This document shows, piece after piece, positions 16,605 through 20,000 of a stretch of DNA of 20,000 nucleotides (position 1 is its first letter; every line of letters starts with the position of its first letter). Origin of the DNA: an uncultured virus (IMG/VR IMGVR_UViG_2582580832_000004) (Duplodnaviria; Heunggongvirae; Uroviricota; Caudoviricetes); the IMG/VR virus record IMGVR_UViG_2582580832_000004. One strand, given 5' to 3'. The position numbers were made by a program, and so were the translations under genes. The notes under the pieces are model-generated. The model worked only from the letters and a program-made list of their open reading frames with translations. It was not told the DNA's origin and searched no databases.

Positions 16605-17193
16605 TGAAGATTGGCATTCGGAACGCTGTGGCAAAGTCACAGCAAGCCGAGTTAAGGATTTAAATGCCAAGCCAAATAAAGGTAAAGCTTTAAATGCATT
16701 GGGCTTAATAATTCTAGCTGAGCGCCTCACTGGCGTTCAGAAGGAAATTTTCACAAACCAAGCAATGCAATGGGGTATTGATAACGAGCCTTATGCAATC
16801 GCGGCTTATGAAAATGAGACGGGTAACTTTGTAGTTGGAACAGGTTTAATTGACCACCCTTTCATTGAAATGTTCGGAGCTTCACCGGATGGGCTTGTAG
16901 GTGATAACGGGCAAATCGAAGTTAAGTGCCCAGATACTACAACGCATTTGAATACCCTTCTGACTAAGCAAGTACCAGATGAGTACATCCCTCAAATCAC
17001 TAGTCAATTGGCTTGTACTCGTCGTGAATGGTGTGACTTTGTGAGCTATGACCCGCGTCTACCGGAAGGACTAAAGATCATCATTATTCGTGTCTATGAA
17101 AAAGACCTAGACATTAAAGGCTTAGAAGAAAATGTACGCCAATTCAATAAACAGATTGATGAGGCAATCGAAGAATTAAAGGTGGCAGCATGA
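16585..17193 (+). CDS. exo: Lambda exonuclease/YqaJ-family exonuclease
   Basis: QRSEDW..R.GKVTAS, ASPDGL, IEVKCP; start reassigned to ATG 16585 (AAGGA RBS). Confidence 0.9.
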   Translation: MNILQRSEDWHSERCGKVTASRVKDLNAKPNKGKALNALGLIILAERLTGVQKEIFTNQAMQWGIDNEPYAIAAYENETGNFVVGTGLIDHPFIEMFGASPDGLVGDNGQIEVKCPDTTTHLNTLLTKQVPDEYIPQITSQLACTRREWCDFVSYDPRLPEGLKIIIIRVYEKDLDIKGLEENVRQFNKQIDEAIEELKVAA

Positions 17194-17447
17194 ACGACTG
17201 GCAAATATTAAGAAGTCGGTATGGCAGTAACCGAAGTTATAAAAACCGAGTAGCTGTACCACCATTTTATTTTGAAGATTTCTCGAACTGGCTTGTAGAT
17301 CAAGGTGCTGATGTATTTAGCAGAACAGAACAAAACGAACTTTTGCGATTTAGATATAAGGGCCAATTAGGTATTTGGTATGAGTCAGGTTCAGGAAACC
17401 TACTAATGCATGATTTGGCAGATAAGTATATGGAGACGGCAGCATGA
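17190..17447 (+). CDS. Phage hypothetical protein
   Basis: ATGA-coupled on both sides. Confidence 0.72.
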   Translation: MNDWQILRSRYGSNRSYKNRVAVPPFYFEDFSNWLVDQGADVFSRTEQNELLRFRYKGQLGIWYESGSGNLLMHDLADKYMETAA

Positions 17448-17983
17448 CAGATTTGAATAAGGAAAGAGAGGCTTTTCTAAATACCTTCCAATATTACAAA
17501 GGAAGAAGAGACATTATTTTTAGTCATGAGCATGAACTGTTTATGACTAGATCAAACAATCCTTCTGAAATTGCTCAGAAAGAAATAAGCAACATGAATA
17601 GCCGTTGGGATGCTTGGCTTAGATGTGCAAAGCATCGTGATGCAGAGCTAGAAAAAGCCAAAGCTCAGTCGGTGCCAGAATGGATTTCAGTTGAAGACCG
17701 CATGCCTGAGTCATTACGAAATGTGCTTGTTTTGATAGATGCAAACCCCGTTAAGAACCAAAACCAAATGGTTGCTCATTTTATTCCTAAGTTCACTGAA
17801 GAGTATCACGGTGATAATGATTGGTATGACTATGACGAAGATCGCGGCTGCGGTTATGTCAAAGAAGGATGGTATGCAAATACGGCTTACATTGGTGATG
17901 AGTATTCTAGTTATTTTATTGAGGAAAAAGTAACTCATTGGAAGCCACTAAAAGAAGCAAGCGAATCGGGAGCTGAGGGATGA
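17444..17983 (+). CDS. DUF551-domain phage protein
   Basis: WISVEDRMPE..VLV..VTHWKPL. Confidence 0.8.
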   Translation: MTDLNKEREAFLNTFQYYKGRRDIIFSHEHELFMTRSNNPSEIAQKEISNMNSRWDAWLRCAKHRDAELEKAKAQSVPEWISVEDRMPESLRNVLVLIDANPVKNQNQMVAHFIPKFTEEYHGDNDWYDYDEDRGCGYVKEGWYANTAYIGDEYSSYFIEEKVTHWKPLKEASESGAEG

Positions 17984-18462
17984 ATGCAAAAATTTTAGAT
18001 CCATGCTGCGGTTCAAAGATGATGTGGTTTGATCGTCAAAATCCAAATGTGGTCTATGGCGATATCAGAAAAGAAGAACATACATTATGTGATGGTCGTT
18101 CTTTAGTGATTGAACCTGATGTGATGATGGACTTCCGCGACATGCCTTTTAAGGATGGCCAATTTACTTTAGTCGTGTTTGACCCTCCTCACCTGGTGAA
18201 AGCTGGTAAACAAAGTTGGTTAGCTGCTAAGTATGGGAAGTTGTCAGAAGATTGGCGCGAAGATATTCGCAAAGGTTTTGCAGAATGCTTTCGTGTGTTG
18301 GCCAATGGTGGTGTTTTAATTTTCAAATGGAATGAAACACAAATCAAAGTTAGTGAAATCTTAGAGCTAACAGATCAAAAGCCATTGTTTGGCCACATTA
18401 GTGGAAAGCGCAGCAATACACATTGGATTACTTTTATGAAAGCGGAAAATAAGGAGGGGTAA
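17980..18462 (+). CDS. Small SAM-dependent (probably DNA amino-) methyltransferase
   Basis: ILDPCCGS (motif I), VVFDPPH (motif IV), FRVLANGGVLIFKW. Confidence 0.85.
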   Translation: MNAKILDPCCGSKMMWFDRQNPNVVYGDIRKEEHTLCDGRSLVIEPDVMMDFRDMPFKDGQFTLVVFDPPHLVKAGKQSWLAAKYGKLSEDWREDIRKGFAECFRVLANGGVLIFKWNETQIKVSEILELTDQKPLFGHISGKRSNTHWITFMKAENKEG

Positions 18463-18732
18463 ATGTTAAAAGATCTGAGAAATCTATCTGATGCAGAGCA
18501 ACAAGAATATTTGGATCGCTTCATAATGGCTAATGAAGAACAGAAGTTCCCTCAAGAAGTTGTGGCGCTTTATTTAGATTGCTCACCATGGACATTAGCC
18601 AGAATGCGTTGTGATCAATCATCACTGCCTTTTTCGAAAATTGGAAGACGTGTTTCATATAAAAAGAAAGACGTTTTAAAGTATGAGCAAAGCAGGACTG
18701 TGCTTAATACAGCACAGCTTGCAACAGTTTAA
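18463..18732 (+). CDS. Excisionase-like HTH protein
   Basis: EVVALYLDCSPWTLARMR..LPFSKIGRRVSY winged HTH next to integrase; AGGAGG RBS. Confidence 0.78.
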   Translation: MLKDLRNLSDAEQQEYLDRFIMANEEQKFPQEVVALYLDCSPWTLARMRCDQSSLPFSKIGRRVSYKKKDVLKYEQSRTVLNTAQLATV

Positions 18733-18759
18733 GGCGGTTAAACCGCCTTTATTTCTTTT
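18731..18759. terminator. Terminator hairpin overlapping the xis and int stop codons
   Basis: AAGGCGG-TTAAA-CCGCCTT then TATTTCTTTT on +. Confidence 0.75.
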
Positions 18760-20000
18760 AATCTTTCTGTCCAAACAGATTGGTAGTTGAAGCAATCAAT
18801 CTTTCCTTGATAAACCGCCTCAATCATATTCATCGAAGCTCTTAATTCCTCATCTGGAATTTGAACATAACCACCTGTCACATCAATTCTTGGTTTAGCC
18901 GTGTGATTAAGAAGTCTTTTTGTCACATAAATATTAAATCTTAAAAGGTTGCATATAGTGGCAAATGTACGACGGAAATCATGCATTGAAACGTAATAGT
19001 CAACTTCCTTACCCACTCTATTCAATAATGTATCTACCTTAGTTGCATGCATATTCCACGAAGTAGGCATCTTAGTAGCTGGGAAAACCCAATCGTTTTC
19101 TCTTAATAACCAACGTTCACGCAAAATACTGTGTAGATGATCACCAATAGGAAAAGTATGATCTGAACCATTTTTGGTATCTCTAAAAGTTAAGGTACCA
19201 TTTTTAATATCTACATCAGCCCACTTTAGACAACATGCCTCCTGTTTACGGCATCCCGTATACATGCACATCAATACGATATCCCGATGCGTGTTTGACC
19301 TAGCAGTATTTTCCAGATTCAACTCATCTTCATAATGAAGCACCGCATTGTAATATTTGTGAATGATGTCTTTATGGAGATGTCTATCCCTACTTGCTAT
19401 TTTATTCCAACCTCTTGTTACGGAAATAATGTCAACTGGATTACTTTTAAGGATCGGGTTCTCATCTGTTGAATAAAGAACATGAATATACTTCCATAAA
19501 GTACCTAAAAGAGATACAGCACCATTTGCTGACGACTCACTTACTTCTGATACCTCAATAAATCGATCCAATACTTCTTGCTTAGATATCTGGAAAAGCT
19601 TTTTGTTGCCCCACCCTAAATATAAATCAAAGTATTTATGGTATTGCCTAATTGTTTTCGGCCTAAAGTCATTTCTATCAATATAAATTTGAAGAGCTTC
19701 ATTCACTGTAATATCTAAAGGATTAGCAACATTCTTTAATTTGATAGGCTTTTCATATTCATTGTTTGAAATTTTCGCCAGAATCATCTGAGCTTTTGCT
19801 CGAGCATTTGTTGCAGGAATATCGGTGGTTTTACCAATTGTCACTCGATAGAGTTCACCTTCATGCCTCCTTTCAACAATATAGGTTTTACTTTTATTAG
19901 TTACCCGAACAGCAAAACCGATCAGTTCTGCATCTCTATATATTTTTTGACCTTTTTCAGTTAATGGAATAGCATCAACAGTAGATTTGTTGAGTTTCAT
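18738..20000 (-). CDS. int: Tyrosine integrase with N-terminal arm-binding domain
   Basis: TGCRKQE (R), TKNG (K), HDFRR, LLNH, GGY catalytic set. Confidence 0.95.
   Translation of the reverse strand: MKLNKSTVDAIPLTEKGQKIYRDAELIGFAVRVTNKSKTYIVERRHEGELYRVTIGKTTDIPATNARAKAQMILAKISNNEYEKPIKLKNVANPLDITVNEALQIYIDRNDFRPKTIRQYHKYFDLYLGWGNKKLFQISKQEVLDRFIEVSEVSESSANGAVSLLGTLWKYIHVLYSTDENPILKSNPVDIISVTRGWNKIASRDRHLHKDIIHKYYNAVLHYEDELNLENTARSNTHRDIVLMCMYTGCRKQEACCLKWADVDIKNGTLTFRDTKNGSDHTFPIGDHLHSILRERWLLRENDWVFPATKMPTSWNMHATKVDTLLNRVGKEVDYYVSMHDFRRTFATICNLLRFNIYVTKRLLNHTAKPRIDVTGGYVQIPDEELRASMNMIEAVYQGKIDCFNYQSVWTERLKEIKAV

Larger units (their letters stand above)
5356..20000. mobile_element. Lambdoid prophage B, early half (replication, immunity, recombination, integration)
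   Basis: Canonical order P-O-cII-cro | cI-early left-bet-exo-xis-int with overlapping start/stop codons. Confidence 0.93.

Noticed and set aside
1..20000. att sites, tRNA, IS elements, reverse-transcriptase systems
   Set aside because: None recognised by eye; att is expected beyond the int start outside the window

Overview
This looks like an Acinetobacter (probably A. baumannii, judged from remembered protein families) chromosomal region made of two lambdoid prophage segments fused in the same orientation. Segment A (1-~5365) is a heavily deleted remnant: a RusA-like gene running off the left edge, a 5'-truncated CI repressor, and a cargo slot holding an intact single-chain nuclease-methylase-specificity (R-M-S) gene plus the remains of a soluble-protein/4-TM gene pair. 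It ends in an orphan operator-bearing PL-like promoter. Segment B (~5356-20000) is an intact early half: delayed-early genes with two DNA methyltransferases, P- and O-like replication genes, cII-cro-cI with readable OR/OL operators and a lambda-type CII-dependent PRE, an early-left operon with bet/exo and a third methyltransferase, then xis and a convergent tyrosine integrase. No Q, lysis or structural genes lie in the window. The main oddities are a perfect 9x39-bp in-frame iteron expansion inside the O gene (about 20 iterons) and four apparent deletion or recombination junctions around an intact defence gene.
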